This document shows positions 19,062 through 28,966 of a stretch of 64,000 nt of DNA, in pieces (the first letter of the stretch is position 1; each line of letters begins with the position of its first letter). Below the pieces are notes generated by a model. It saw only the letters and a list, made by a program, of their open reading frames with translations, ran no database searches and was not told where the DNA came from. The stretch lies in NCBI GenBank assembly GCA_031266665.1, contig JAISAO010000053.1, positions 4,377 to 68,376 on the forward strand. Direction: 5' to 3'. The position numbers and the translations under genes were made by a program. Origin of the DNA: Propionibacteriaceae bacterium (GTDB lineage: Bacteria > Actinomycetota > Actinomycetes > Propionibacteriales > Propionibacteriaceae).

Positions 19062-19940
19062 TCAGCGCAATAGGGCGATGGGGCTGCGGCCGTGGGCCAA
19101 CAGGCCGCGGATGGTCCCGCCCAAGGCGATGCCGGTGATGGGGCGGGAGCGCACGCTGACCGCCAGCAGGTCGACCTGCCCGCTGCGTGCCACCAGTTGG
19201 TCGATGGGCGAGCCGACCTGGGCCGACACTTCGACCTCCAGCCCGGGGTGCTCCTGGCGCAGGGGCTCGACCCGGGCCTCCAGGTCGCGCTGCACCCGGG
19301 CCCGCCAGGCGTCCGTCGTCTCCCGGGGCGGGGAGACCAGCGCCACCGTGGTCGCGGACTGGAGGGAGATGACGTGGACGACCTCTAAGACGGCCTCCCG
19401 GGAGACGGCCTCCCGGCAGGCCCAGCGCAGCGCCCGGTCCGACCGGCCGGCCCCGACCGCCACGGCCACCCGCCGATGGGTCGTGGTCGGGCCGGGGTTG
19501 GAGGCGGCTGAGATGACGATCAAGGGGCAACTGGCGGTGGCCGCCAACGAGGTCGAGGTCGAGCCGACGAACATCCGTTCCAGCCCGGTGGCGGCCCGCC
19601 GGCCGACCACCACGGCCTCGGCCGAATGGCTCAGCTCCTCCAAGACGACGGCCGGATGTCCGACCAGGACGTCAGTGTGGATGCGTTGGCGGGGCAGACC
19701 CCGGGCGGTGGCCGTCTCGATGGCTTGGTCGATGGCGGCCCGGCCAGCCTCGGCCAGCAGGCTGGGGTCGTAGACCAGCCCCCAACTACTGCCCACCATG
19801 GCGCCGTCGTCCAAGGCGTGGACCAGCCAGAGTTCGGCTCCGACGCGCTCGGCCCGGCCGGCGGCGTGGCGGGTGGCCCGCAGGCCGTCCTCCGAGCCGT
19901 CGACTCCGACCAGGATGCGGGGTGGGGAAATCTGATTCAT
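19062..19940 (-). CDS. universal stress protein, tandem USP domains
   Basis: 292 aa. ILVGVDGSEDGLRA... in the first half and a second USP-like half (VAVAVGAGRSDRALRWA...). Confidence 0.85.
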   Translation of the reverse strand: MNQISPPRILVGVDGSEDGLRATRHAAGRAERVGAELWLVHALDDGAMVGSSWGLVYDPSLLAEAGRAAIDQAIETATARGLPRQRIHTDVLVGHPAVVLEELSHSAEAVVVGRRAATGLERMFVGSTSTSLAATASCPLIVISAASNPGPTTTHRRVAVAVGAGRSDRALRWACREAVSREAVLEVVHVISLQSATTVALVSPPRETTDAWRARVQRDLEARVEPLRQEHPGLEVEVSAQVGSPIDQLVARSGQVDLLAVSVRSRPITGIALGGTIRGLLAHGRSPIALLR

Positions 19941-19971
19941 CGGCTTCTCCTCTCGGATTTTCTCGGATTGG

Positions 19972-20919
19972 TCAGACGTCGGCCTCGAAGGCCGTGCGGC
20001 CGTGCAAACTTTGGGCCAGCAGATCGTCCACGCCGTCCGCCACCTTGCAGACCTCGGCGATGGCCTGGCGCAGGTGGGCGCCGACGAAGGGGCGGCCCAG
20101 GATCGACATGGTGACGAAAACCCGGTCGCGCAGCAGGGCGAAGCGGACCCAGCGGGCGTGGGCGTTGATGTCGTTCAAGACCTCGGTCGCCCGGGAGCGG
20201 CCGTCGACGTCATGCACGACCGGCGCAAAGACCAAGATTTCTTGCCCGTCGGACGGCACCCGGACGAAGACCATGGCGGAGCCGACCCGGATCGCCAGAT
20301 CGCCGTCGGCGTCGCGCATCGGCGTGATCTCGGGCACCTCCGCCAGCGCCCGGGCGACCATCTGGGCCAGGTGGGCGGCATTGGCCGGCATGACGGCGAT
20401 GTTGTCGTCGGCCGGGACCAGGGCGACGTCGTCCCAGACGGCCAGAGAGTTTCCCTGGGGGTCGGCCGGCGTGGCCTGCAGGATCTCGGCCAAGACGTCG
20501 GCCGCCAAGAAGACCGGGTGGTGGACGCCGAAGACCTGGCGCAGGACCTCGACCGCCTGTCGGGCCAGTTCGTCGGACTGGCCCTGGGAGCCGAGCAGCC
20601 AGAAATGGGTCGCCCGGTCGTCGGCCTGTCCGGGGTCGGGCGGGTTCCAGCCGGCGGCCGTCAGGGCGGCCATCTGCTGGTCGGTCAGACGATGCTCGCT
20701 GGGCAACAAAGACTTGCCGGGGATGAGGGCGCAGAGACTGTCACGGCCCAGGGCGACGAACTTGACGTAGCCGGCCAGGCCGTGGCGGCCGTCGTGGGTC
20801 GAGACGGTCAACGGCTCGGTGGCGTCCATCATGGACAAGACCTCGCCCAAACGGGCGCCGAAATCGACCCAGGCCCGCTCGGTGCTGCGGTCGAGGTCGA
20901 AATCGGCGTAAGGGCTCAT
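19972..20919 (-). CDS. YbjN-like / putative peptide-binding chaperone family protein
   Basis: ORF 19972..20964 trimmed to ATG 20919 (MSPYADFDLDRS...). The C-terminal half (GDLAIRVGSAMVFVRV...VFAPVVHDV...LNDINAHARWVRFAL) resembles YbjN-type domains from memory. Confidence 0.45.
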   Translation of the reverse strand: MSPYADFDLDRSTERAWVDFGARLGEVLSMMDATEPLTVSTHDGRHGLAGYVKFVALGRDSLCALIPGKSLLPSEHRLTDQQMAALTAAGWNPPDPGQADDRATHFWLLGSQGQSDELARQAVEVLRQVFGVHHPVFLAADVLAEILQATPADPQGNSLAVWDDVALVPADDNIAVMPANAAHLAQMVARALAEVPEITPMRDADGDLAIRVGSAMVFVRVPSDGQEILVFAPVVHDVDGRSRATEVLNDINAHARWVRFALLRDRVFVTMSILGRPFVGAHLRQAIAEVCKVADGVDDLLAQSLHGRTAFEADV

Positions 20920-20985
20920 CGGCCTCACGCTAGCATGGCCGGCCATCCTCAGATGGCCGGCCATGCCAGGCGTGGAAGAGGCCGA

Positions 20986-21966
20986 TCAGGCGTCGCCGAA
21001 GGCGCGCTGGCTGCGGGCGCTGGCGGCGGCCCCGGCCCGGACGAGGGACTTGAGCAGTCGCCGGACGGCTGGGATCTGGTCGTCGCCGGGGCGGTGCAGG
21101 GCGCGGAAACGCCGCCCCGACAGCCCAGCGACGGAACGGACGACCAAGCCCGCGTCCTTGAAGCCCTCCAGGGCCGAGGTAGCCATCATCCCCACGGTCA
21201 GGCCGCTGGGGTCGGAGGAGACCAAAGAGCGGATGATCTGGTGATTGTGCGTCTGGTGAGTGATGTTGGCTTTGAAACCGGCCCGGGCGCAGCAACGCTC
21301 CAGGTGCTCGCGGCAGAGGCGGCAGCCGGCCGCGAAGCGGCAGTCCGCCAGATCAGCCAAGGACAGTTCGGCCACAGAGGCCTTGGGGTTCTGGTCCGAC
21401 AAGATCAAGACGGCGGCGTCACCACCGATCTCGACCTCCACCATGCCCGTGTGGTCCGTCGCCGCCGGCACCGTCGGATCGGGGTCGAGCCAGTCGTAGA
21501 CCAGGGCCAGGTCGACCTCGCCGGCTCGCAACATGCTGATCGAGTCCGGCGGCGCCGCCTCGATCAGCATGACGTCGATCTCGGGCCGACGGTCGGACCG
21601 CAGGTCCTTCAGAGCCGCCGGCACCAGGCCGAGCAAAGAGGACGAGAAGCAACTCAGCCTGATCCGCCCCTGGTCCCGCCGTTCGATGGCCTTGATCTCT
21701 TCCAGCGCCAGGTCCAGCCGTTCGGCGATGGCGTCGGCGTGGCGGACCAAGACTTCGCCGGCCTCGGTCAGTTTGGCCCCCGAGGGATAGCGGCGGACGA
21801 CCGGCTGACCGACCACGCCTTCCAAGTTGGCCAGATGCAGGCTAACCGCCGGCGGGGTCCAGCCCAGCGCCCTGGCGGCCGCTGAGATTGATCCGTGTTG
21901 GGCGACCACACGGAGAATTAGAACCCGCTTCGGGTCCAGCGACGGCAGTGCAGCCATGTCTTCCAT
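20986..21966 (-). CDS. LysR-family transcriptional regulator
   Basis: HTH ILRVVAQHGSISAAARALGWTPPAVSLHLANLE plus a LysR substrate-binding domain. The start is ambiguous (ATG 21984, 21966 or 21957). TATATT (21976-21971, minus strand) just upstream suggests a very short leader. Confidence 0.85.
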   Translation of the reverse strand: MEDMAALPSLDPKRVLILRVVAQHGSISAAARALGWTPPAVSLHLANLEGVVGQPVVRRYPSGAKLTEAGEVLVRHADAIAERLDLALEEIKAIERRDQGRIRLSCFSSSLLGLVPAALKDLRSDRRPEIDVMLIEAAPPDSISMLRAGEVDLALVYDWLDPDPTVPAATDHTGMVEVEIGGDAAVLILSDQNPKASVAELSLADLADCRFAAGCRLCREHLERCCARAGFKANITHQTHNHQIIRSLVSSDPSGLTVGMMATSALEGFKDAGLVVRSVAGLSGRRFRALHRPGDDQIPAVRRLLKSLVRAGAAASARSQRAFGDA

Positions 21967-22247
21967 TCCAATATAGTTGAGCATTCCACGACCACGTTTG
22001 GCCGCGGCGTGGCTTGTCCGAAGCGCCGGGCGAACCCAAATCGCTAGGGGGACGGCCAAGTCTTGCCAAGTGTAGTCGACTCCGCCACGGAGTTAAAGGG
22101 GGTGGCCGGTTTTTCTCACGCCCGCCCCCAGGTCCGGCGCCCCTCGGCCGGGGCCGGCGCCCGCCCACCCGGCCCGGTTCCTTTGGCGGCTTACCGACCA
22201 TCAGGTAGGCTGCCCCGGTCGCTTTCCAACGACCAGAAAGGTCCGCT

Positions 22248-24440
22248 GTGAGCCAACCCGGCCCTCGTTCGGCCAAGTCCGGTCTGCCCGCCCCCCCGCC
22301 CGAGGCCGACCTCGGCGCCACAGTTTGCGGCGATGGCGTCAACTTCGCCCTCTGGGCCCCCCGGGCGACCCGGGTCGAGGTCGCCCTGCTCGACATCGAC
22401 CGCCGCCAGCACAACATCGACTTGCTGGTGGGCGAGGGCGGGGTCTGGTCGGTCTTCGTCCCCGGGCTGGCCGCCGGCCAACTCTACGGCTTCCGCGTCC
22501 ACGGCCAGTGGAGCCCCGAGACCGGCCAGCGCTTCAACCCGGCCCGCCTGCTGCTCGACCCCTACGCCCGCGCCATCACCTCCGGCGTCGACTACGCCGG
22601 CCCGATCCACGACCACACCTCGGAGTCCGACTTCCTGCCCGACGCCACCGACTCGTCGCTGGCCGTGCCCCTGTCCGTGGTGGTGTCCGACGGCCCGCCG
22701 CCCAAGCCGCTGGCCCAGCCGATCGACCCGGCCCGGCGGATCATCCTCGAGACCCACGTCCGGGGCTACACCTGGAACCACCCCTTGGTCCCAGAACACC
22801 TCCGGGGCACTTACCTGGGCCTGTCCTACCCCGCCGTCATCGACCACTTCAAGCAGATCGGCGTCACCACCATAGAGTTGTTACCGGTCCACCATTTCGT
22901 CTCCGAGCCCTTCATCGTCCGCGCCGGCTTGTCCAATTATTGGGGTTACAACACCCTCGGCTTCTTCGCCCCCCACGCCCACTACGCCGTCACCGGCACC
23001 CTCGGCGCCCAGGTGGCCGAGTTCAAACAGATGGTGGGCCAGTTCCACCAAGCCGGCCTAGAGGTCTTCTTGGACGTGGTTTATAACCACACTGGTGAGG
23101 GCTCGCACGAGGGTCCAACTCTGTCCTTCCGAGGTATTGATCACGCCGGCTATTACCGTCTGACAGAGGACCTGCGCAACGATTACGACGTCACCGGTTG
23201 CGGCAACTCAGTCGACAGCTGCCAGCCCGGGGTGCTGCGCCTGATCACCGACTCGCTCAAATACTGGACCGTCGACATGGGGGTGGACGGTTTCCGCTTC
23301 GACCTGGCCACCGACCTGATTCGCGACTGCGACCACCACATCGACCACCAGCACCCCTTCAAACAAGCCATCGCCCAGGACCCGGTGCTGAGCCGGACGA
23401 CCGTCATCGCCGAGCCCTGGGATGTCGGCCCCTACGGCTATCAGTTGGGCGCCTGGGGCGGCGGCTGGGGGGAGTGGAACGGCCAGTTCCGCGACCACGC
23501 CCGCGACTTCTGGCGCGGCGCCGTCCCCGGCGTCCAGGAGTTGGCCACCCGCTTGTCCGGCTCGCCCGACCTGTTCCACTCCGACAGCCGCCGGCCGACC
23601 GACTCGATCAACTTCGTCACCGCCCACGACGGTTTCACCCTGCGCGATCTGGTGTCCTACAACGTCAAGCACAACGAGGCCAACCGGGAGTCCAACCGGG
23701 ACGGCTCCAACGACAACCGCTCTTGGAACTGCGGGGCCGAGGGCGAGACCGGCGACCCGGGCGTCAACGCCCTGCGCCAACGCCAGGCGCGCAATTTGTT
23801 GACCACCGTGGTGCTGGCCCACGGCACGCCGATGCTGATGGCCGGCGACGAGATGGGCCGCAGCCAGGACGGCAACAACAACGCTTACTGTCAGGACTCG
23901 CCCATCTCCTGGGTCTCCTGGGACCCGGAGAAGACCTGGCCCGAGATGATCGACTTCACCAGTCGGCTGACCGATCTGAGAGCGGGTCACCCGGCGCTGC
24001 GCCCGGACTGCTTCCTGACCGCCGACGAGGTGACAGACGCCACCGGACAGGGTCTGGGCCGCCCCCAACTGGCCTGGCTCAACGGCTACGACGGGGTCAT
24101 GAAGGAGTCCGACTGGCACGACGGCGGCCGCCGCCTGCTGGGCATGTACTGCTCCACGGCCGAGGAGTCCGTCATCGTCTGGTTCCACGCCGGGGCCGAT
24201 CCGATTCCCCTGACCCTGCCCGGGGCGCCCTTCGGCCACAACTACCACCTGCTGCTCCACACCGGTGTGGCGGACGAGCTGCCCACCCCGGCCGCCACCC
24301 TGCTGCCCGGCGACCAACTCGACCTGCCCGGCCGCACCGTCGCCATCATGCTGGTCGGCCACGCCCCGCTCGTGGCCGAGGCCGACGTGATCGATTCGGC
24401 CGACGCCGCTGTGGCTGGGGCCGTTGTGGCTGGGGCCTAG
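22248..24440 (+). CDS. glgX: glycogen debranching enzyme
   Basis: 730 aa with a GTG start. N-terminal CBM48-like GVNFALWAPRATRVEVAL and GH13 motifs DVVYNHT, VDGFRFDLA, EPWD and FVTAHDGFTL. Confidence 0.9.
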   Translation: MSQPGPRSAKSGLPAPPPEADLGATVCGDGVNFALWAPRATRVEVALLDIDRRQHNIDLLVGEGGVWSVFVPGLAAGQLYGFRVHGQWSPETGQRFNPARLLLDPYARAITSGVDYAGPIHDHTSESDFLPDATDSSLAVPLSVVVSDGPPPKPLAQPIDPARRIILETHVRGYTWNHPLVPEHLRGTYLGLSYPAVIDHFKQIGVTTIELLPVHHFVSEPFIVRAGLSNYWGYNTLGFFAPHAHYAVTGTLGAQVAEFKQMVGQFHQAGLEVFLDVVYNHTGEGSHEGPTLSFRGIDHAGYYRLTEDLRNDYDVTGCGNSVDSCQPGVLRLITDSLKYWTVDMGVDGFRFDLATDLIRDCDHHIDHQHPFKQAIAQDPVLSRTTVIAEPWDVGPYGYQLGAWGGGWGEWNGQFRDHARDFWRGAVPGVQELATRLSGSPDLFHSDSRRPTDSINFVTAHDGFTLRDLVSYNVKHNEANRESNRDGSNDNRSWNCGAEGETGDPGVNALRQRQARNLLTTVVLAHGTPMLMAGDEMGRSQDGNNNAYCQDSPISWVSWDPEKTWPEMIDFTSRLTDLRAGHPALRPDCFLTADEVTDATGQGLGRPQLAWLNGYDGVMKESDWHDGGRRLLGMYCSTAEESVIVWFHAGADPIPLTLPGAPFGHNYHLLLHTGVADELPTPAATLLPGDQLDLPGRTVAIMLVGHAPLVAEADVIDSADAAVAGAVVAGA

Positions 24441-24588
24441 CGCCTCTGACGACCGGCCGGACCGGCGTGGCGCCCCCGCCCGGCCCCAGTTGGCCCGGCG
24501 GCTTCAGCGCTGAGCCCATTGGTCGACCAGTTCGACCGCCACCCCGCCCGGTGCTGCTGAGACCGGGGGTAATCGCTAAGTTTGGCCT

Positions 24589-27500
24589 GTGACTAGCGAC
24601 GGGGTTCTCCCACCGGGGGCGGGGGGATCGGCCAACCAACAGCGGCCTTGGTCTCCCCCGCCGTCCGGCCCGCCCGGGCCGACCCTGTCCGCCGCCCTTG
24701 AGGCCCGGGCCGCCGCCGCCCAGGGCCTGCCCCCGGTCCCGGCCTCGCCCGCCACACCGCCGGCCCGGCCGGAGCCTGACAACCGGTTCGAGGCCGCCGC
24801 CCCGGGACCGGCGGTCACCCACGACATGTTCGAGCCGACGGCGGACGACCCGCTGCCGGACCGGCCGGCGGTGAGTTGGGAGACCGGTCCGACGATCCAG
24901 ATCCCGCCCCCCGAAGAGGTCCTGGCCCGCATCATCGACACCTTCTCCGCCGAGGAGGCCGTCCGCCACGCCCTGATCCGGGCCGACGACCCGGCGGCGG
25001 AACCATCCCGGAACACCTCGACGCCGAGCGGCGCCTCGGCTGTGGCCCCAGTCGTCCCCCACCCGGGCGACGGGCCGATCCCCGGCGGAATCACCCCACC
25101 AGACCAAGCGGCGATGCCAACCGTGGCTGTCGCCTGGCCCGCGCCGGACGGCGCCCCGGGCCACCAGCCGACTCCGAACGACCGTCTAACCGTTCTAGCC
25201 GGCCCCGAGCCCGCGTCGTCCTCGGCCGAGCGCCGCCCCCGGGCGGACCAGGACGGCGAAGCGGGCGGCGGCCTCATCCGACTCGACCCGGGCGATTGGG
25301 CCCGTTTCGGCGATCAGCCCGTTCCCACGCGCCCGTCCGACCAAGCGCCCGCGCCCCGGACGACGCCGCAGTACTACCCCAGCCTCTCGTGGCCCGGTCT
25401 CACCCCCCCGCCGGCCGCCGGACCGGCCGATGGGGCGGCGCCGGCCGACCGTCTAGACGACGCCGCCGCCCCGCTCCCCGACGGTCCGGCCGCGCGGGAC
25501 GACTTGGACGACTACGCCCGACGGCTGACCCGTCTGGCCGACGCCGCCGCGCCCCGCTCCCCGACGCCGACCGATCCGGCCGTCTCCGACCGGCCGACGC
25601 TGGACCGCCTAGCCGACCGACTGTCGCCCAGCGGCCAGTCCACCTCTTTGAGGCCGACCGGCCAGGCCGACCAGCCAGCCCCCTTCGGCCAGTCCACCCC
25701 CCCGCCGCCGACCGGCCCAGCCGATCCGCCAGCCCCCTTCGATCAATCCACCCCCCCGCCGCCAGCCGACCAGCCGCCGCCCTTCGACCAGTCCGCCCCC
25801 TCGGCGCCGACCGGTCAGGCCTACCAGCCAGCCCCGACCGGCCAGACCATCCCCCCGGCGCCGACCGGCCAGACCGAGGCGACAGCGCCGGTCGAGGACT
25901 CGATTTACGCGGTGCAGCCGCTGGCCGCCGTGGTGGAGGCGGCCCGCCAGCGTCTGGCCGGCACCGCCCGCTCGGAGGCGCCGCCCCGGTCGGAGGCGGG
26001 GTCCGAGCCGGAGGCCGACCCGGACCAGGGCGAGGCCTTGCCCGTCTTCACAGTGTTGAGCCAGACGACGGTGAAGCCCAAGCTGCGCGGCAACCTCCAA
26101 CCGTCGCCCAAGTGGAGCGACTGGACGCCGGTCTTCCCCGACGAGCCGGTCTCCCCCGCCACACCCGGACCGGTCTCCCCCGCCACACCCGAACCGGCTC
26201 CCCCGACCGACTCGGCCGATGCCGACGCGGACGCCTCGCCCCGCCCGGGAGAGACCACCGCCGCCCCGCCGGAAACCGTCGTCGCCCCCCCGGCCGTGGA
26301 GGCCACCCTTGAGCAGCTGTTGGATCTCAATCTGGCCGAGGCCGACCCGACCGAGTCGGCCCCCGACCCGACCACCGGAGGCGTCTGGGCGGGCAGCCTC
26401 TCCGAGGTGCCGGCGGCGCTGATCGAGCCGAAGTCCAAGCCCGCCGCCGCCGAACCGATCATGGAGGCCGTCGGTTTCGCCAGCGGTCGCACGTCCGAGG
26501 CCGACCCGGCCGAGGTCCTTTGGCCCACTGAGGCCGACAACATGGCTCCGGACCGGACCGACCCGCTGGCCGACACCCCCGCCCCGGACCAGACCGAACC
26601 ACTAACCGGCCCGGCCGGCGATCCCGTCCCCGTCCCGCCCCGACCGCCTCTTGGAAACGAGACTCTGATGGCCCCAGCCACCCCCGACCAGCCCGCCGGC
26701 CCCGACCCGGCGACAGTCTTCCAGACACTGGCAGCCGCCACCCGCCTGGCCCAGTCCCTGGGCGCCGCCCATTCGACGGCCGGCGCCCGGCCCGGCCACC
26801 TCGGCCCGGCCGACCATCTGGCCGGCGACGCCGCCACCGACCCCAACGCCGCCGCCCCCCTGACCGGCCCCCGGCCCGACCCCAGCGGCCCGGCCGACCG
26901 CTTCGCCAATCCGGTCGACATCAGCGGCCTGACCGATCCCCAGCCCGTCGCCCCTCGCCGGCCCCAGAGCGTCGGCCGCATCACCGTGGCCAAGGTCGAA
27001 CCGGTCATCGAGGGCGGCGCCCACCCGGCCAAGGCCGTGGTGGGCGAGGACTTCCCCATCCGCGCCCGGGTCTTCCGCGAGGGCCACGACCAGGTGGGGG
27101 CCTCGGTCGTGCTGACCGACCCCGACGGGCGGTCGAGCCGCCACGACATGACCCAGATCTGGCCCGAGGGCCTAGACATCTGGGAGGTCTGGGTGTCGGC
27201 CGACCGGACCGGCGACTGGAGTTTCCGGGTCGAGGGCTGGGCCGACCCTTGGGCCACCTGGGTCCACGTCGCGGCGGTCAAGCTGCCCCAGTCGATCGAC
27301 CTGGAACTGGTCTACGCCGACGGCCACGCCGTCCTGCGCCGGGCCGAGGCCGAGGCCCGTCAGGCCGGCCGGCGCAATCAGGCCGACCAGATCGAGGCCT
27401 GGGCCGACCTGCTGACCATCGAACCCGATCCCCAGATCGTCCTCGACCTGCTGCAAGACGAGGGCCTACAGACCGCTCTGCGCCGCTGGCGGCCGCGCGA

Positions 27501-28920
27501 GCTGGTGTCCCCGACGGCCGAGTTCGAGCTGGTGGTGGACCGCCAGCGGGCGCTCTTCTCCGCCTGGTATGAGTTCTTCCCCCGCTCCCAGGGAGCCCGA
27601 CGCCAAGACGACGGCAGTTGGCTCTCAGGCACCCTGGACGCCTCGCACCAGCGCCTGGAGGCCATCGCCGCGATGGGTTTCGACGTCGCCTACCTGCCGC
27701 CCATCCACCCCATCGGCCACCGCTTCCGCAAGGGCAAGAACAACTCCCTCGCCCCCGGGGCGAGCGACCCCGGCTCGCCCTGGGCCATCGGCTCGGCGGC
27801 CGGTGGCCACGACGCCATCCACCCCGACCTGGGCGATTTCGCCGCCTTCGACCGCTTCATCGCCAAGGCCAAGTCGCTCGGCCTGGAGGTGGCCCTCGAC
27901 TTCGCCCTCCAGGCCTCGCCCGACCACCCCTGGTTGCGGGACCACCCCCAGTGGTTCACCACCCGGGCCGACGGCAGCATCGCCTACGCCGAGAACCCGC
28001 CCAAGAAATATCAGGACATCTATCCGCTGAACTTCGACAACGACCCCGCCGGGCTCTACCGGGAGTGCCACCGGCTGCTCGAGTTCTGGATCGACAAGGG
28101 CGTCACCATTTTCCGGGTCGACAACCCCCACACCAAGCCGCTCCAGTTCTGGGCCTGGCTGTTGGCCCGGGTCCGGGCCCGCCACCCCGAGGTCCTATTC
28201 CTGGCCGAGGCCTTCACCCGCCCGGAGATGATGCAGGCCCTGGCCCAGGTCGGCTTCCACCAGTCCTACACCTATTACACCTGGCGCACCGCCAAATGGG
28301 AGCTGGAGGAGTATCTGACCGAGCTGTCGAGCCAGACGGCCCATTTCTTCCGGCCCAATTTCTTCGTCAACACGCCCGACATCAACCCCCTCCAAATCCG
28401 TTCGGGCCGCCCGGCGGCCTTCGCCATCCGGGCTATCCTGGCAGCCACGCTGTCGCCCAGCTGGGGGGTCTACTCCGGTTACGAGCTGTACGAGTGCCAG
28501 CCGCTCAAGCCAGACGGCGAGGAATACCTCAACTCGGAGAAGTACGAGTACCGCCCGCGTGATTTCAACGCCGAGCCCAACCTCAACCTGCTGCTGACGA
28601 CGCTCAACCTGATCCGGCGGTCCCACCCGGCGCTGCAGCAATTGCGCCGGCTCGATTTCCATCCGACCAGCGACGAGCAGGTCGTCGCCTTCAGCAAACG
28701 GGCCGGGGCGGACCGGGTGCTCGTGGTCTGCAGCCTGGACCCCGAGGGCGCCCGGCAGGCCCGGCTGGACCTCGACCTGGAGGCCCTCGGCCTGACCGGC
28801 CGGGACCGCTTCGCCGCCCACGACGCCCTGACCGGCGCCACCTGGCAATGGGACGCCCAGCCTTTCGTCGTCTTGACCCCAGACCAACCAGCCCATATCG
28901 TCACCCTCCCGGCCGACTGA
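24589..28920 (+). CDS. glgE: alpha-1,4-glucan:maltose-1-phosphate maltosyltransferase with a long Pro-rich N-terminal extension (true start uncertain)
   Basis: The GlgE-homologous part is recognisable from about 26955 (SVGRITVAKVEPVIEGGAHPAKAVVGEDFPIRARVFREGHD ... YLPPIHPIG ... IFRVDNPHTKP ... FLAEAFTRP). The same frame is open back to GTG 24589, immediately after an in-frame TAA at 24577-24579. The upstream 790 codons keep coding-like third-position G/C and an acidic, low-Arg composition. Confidence 0.85.
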   Translation: MTSDGVLPPGAGGSANQQRPWSPPPSGPPGPTLSAALEARAAAAQGLPPVPASPATPPARPEPDNRFEAAAPGPAVTHDMFEPTADDPLPDRPAVSWETGPTIQIPPPEEVLARIIDTFSAEEAVRHALIRADDPAAEPSRNTSTPSGASAVAPVVPHPGDGPIPGGITPPDQAAMPTVAVAWPAPDGAPGHQPTPNDRLTVLAGPEPASSSAERRPRADQDGEAGGGLIRLDPGDWARFGDQPVPTRPSDQAPAPRTTPQYYPSLSWPGLTPPPAAGPADGAAPADRLDDAAAPLPDGPAARDDLDDYARRLTRLADAAAPRSPTPTDPAVSDRPTLDRLADRLSPSGQSTSLRPTGQADQPAPFGQSTPPPPTGPADPPAPFDQSTPPPPADQPPPFDQSAPSAPTGQAYQPAPTGQTIPPAPTGQTEATAPVEDSIYAVQPLAAVVEAARQRLAGTARSEAPPRSEAGSEPEADPDQGEALPVFTVLSQTTVKPKLRGNLQPSPKWSDWTPVFPDEPVSPATPGPVSPATPEPAPPTDSADADADASPRPGETTAAPPETVVAPPAVEATLEQLLDLNLAEADPTESAPDPTTGGVWAGSLSEVPAALIEPKSKPAAAEPIMEAVGFASGRTSEADPAEVLWPTEADNMAPDRTDPLADTPAPDQTEPLTGPAGDPVPVPPRPPLGNETLMAPATPDQPAGPDPATVFQTLAAATRLAQSLGAAHSTAGARPGHLGPADHLAGDAATDPNAAAPLTGPRPDPSGPADRFANPVDISGLTDPQPVAPRRPQSVGRITVAKVEPVIEGGAHPAKAVVGEDFPIRARVFREGHDQVGASVVLTDPDGRSSRHDMTQIWPEGLDIWEVWVSADRTGDWSFRVEGWADPWATWVHVAAVKLPQSIDLELVYADGHAVLRRAEAEARQAGRRNQADQIEAWADLLTIEPDPQIVLDLLQDEGLQTALRRWRPRELVSPTAEFELVVDRQRALFSAWYEFFPRSQGARRQDDGSWLSGTLDASHQRLEAIAAMGFDVAYLPPIHPIGHRFRKGKNNSLAPGASDPGSPWAIGSAAGGHDAIHPDLGDFAAFDRFIAKAKSLGLEVALDFALQASPDHPWLRDHPQWFTTRADGSIAYAENPPKKYQDIYPLNFDNDPAGLYRECHRLLEFWIDKGVTIFRVDNPHTKPLQFWAWLLARVRARHPEVLFLAEAFTRPEMMQALAQVGFHQSYTYYTWRTAKWELEEYLTELSSQTAHFFRPNFFVNTPDINPLQIRSGRPAAFAIRAILAATLSPSWGVYSGYELYECQPLKPDGEEYLNSEKYEYRPRDFNAEPNLNLLLTTLNLIRRSHPALQQLRRLDFHPTSDEQVVAFSKRAGADRVLVVCSLDPEGARQARLDLDLEALGLTGRDRFAAHDALTGATWQWDAQPFVVLTPDQPAHIVTLPAD

Positions 28921-28966
28921 CCGGGAATAACCCACTAGCCCACAAACCCACAAGGAGTCAAAACCA

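Noticed and set aside
17977-21885. Very long plus-strand ORFs 17977..19773 (598 aa) and 20002..21885 (627 aa).
   Set aside because: Both mirror several real minus-strand genes (AlkP-family, USP, YbjN-like, LysR). Their composition is dominated by G/R/A/D/V with no recognisable motifs.
24876-27281. Alternative-frame ORFs over the GlgE extension (24876..26312 plus; 25905..27281, 24346..25164 and 24576..25277 minus).
   Set aside because: All are Arg/Gly/Pro/Ser-rich with poor third-position bias. The 24589 frame has acidic, Arg-poor composition and G/C-ending codons and runs continuously into the GlgE domain.
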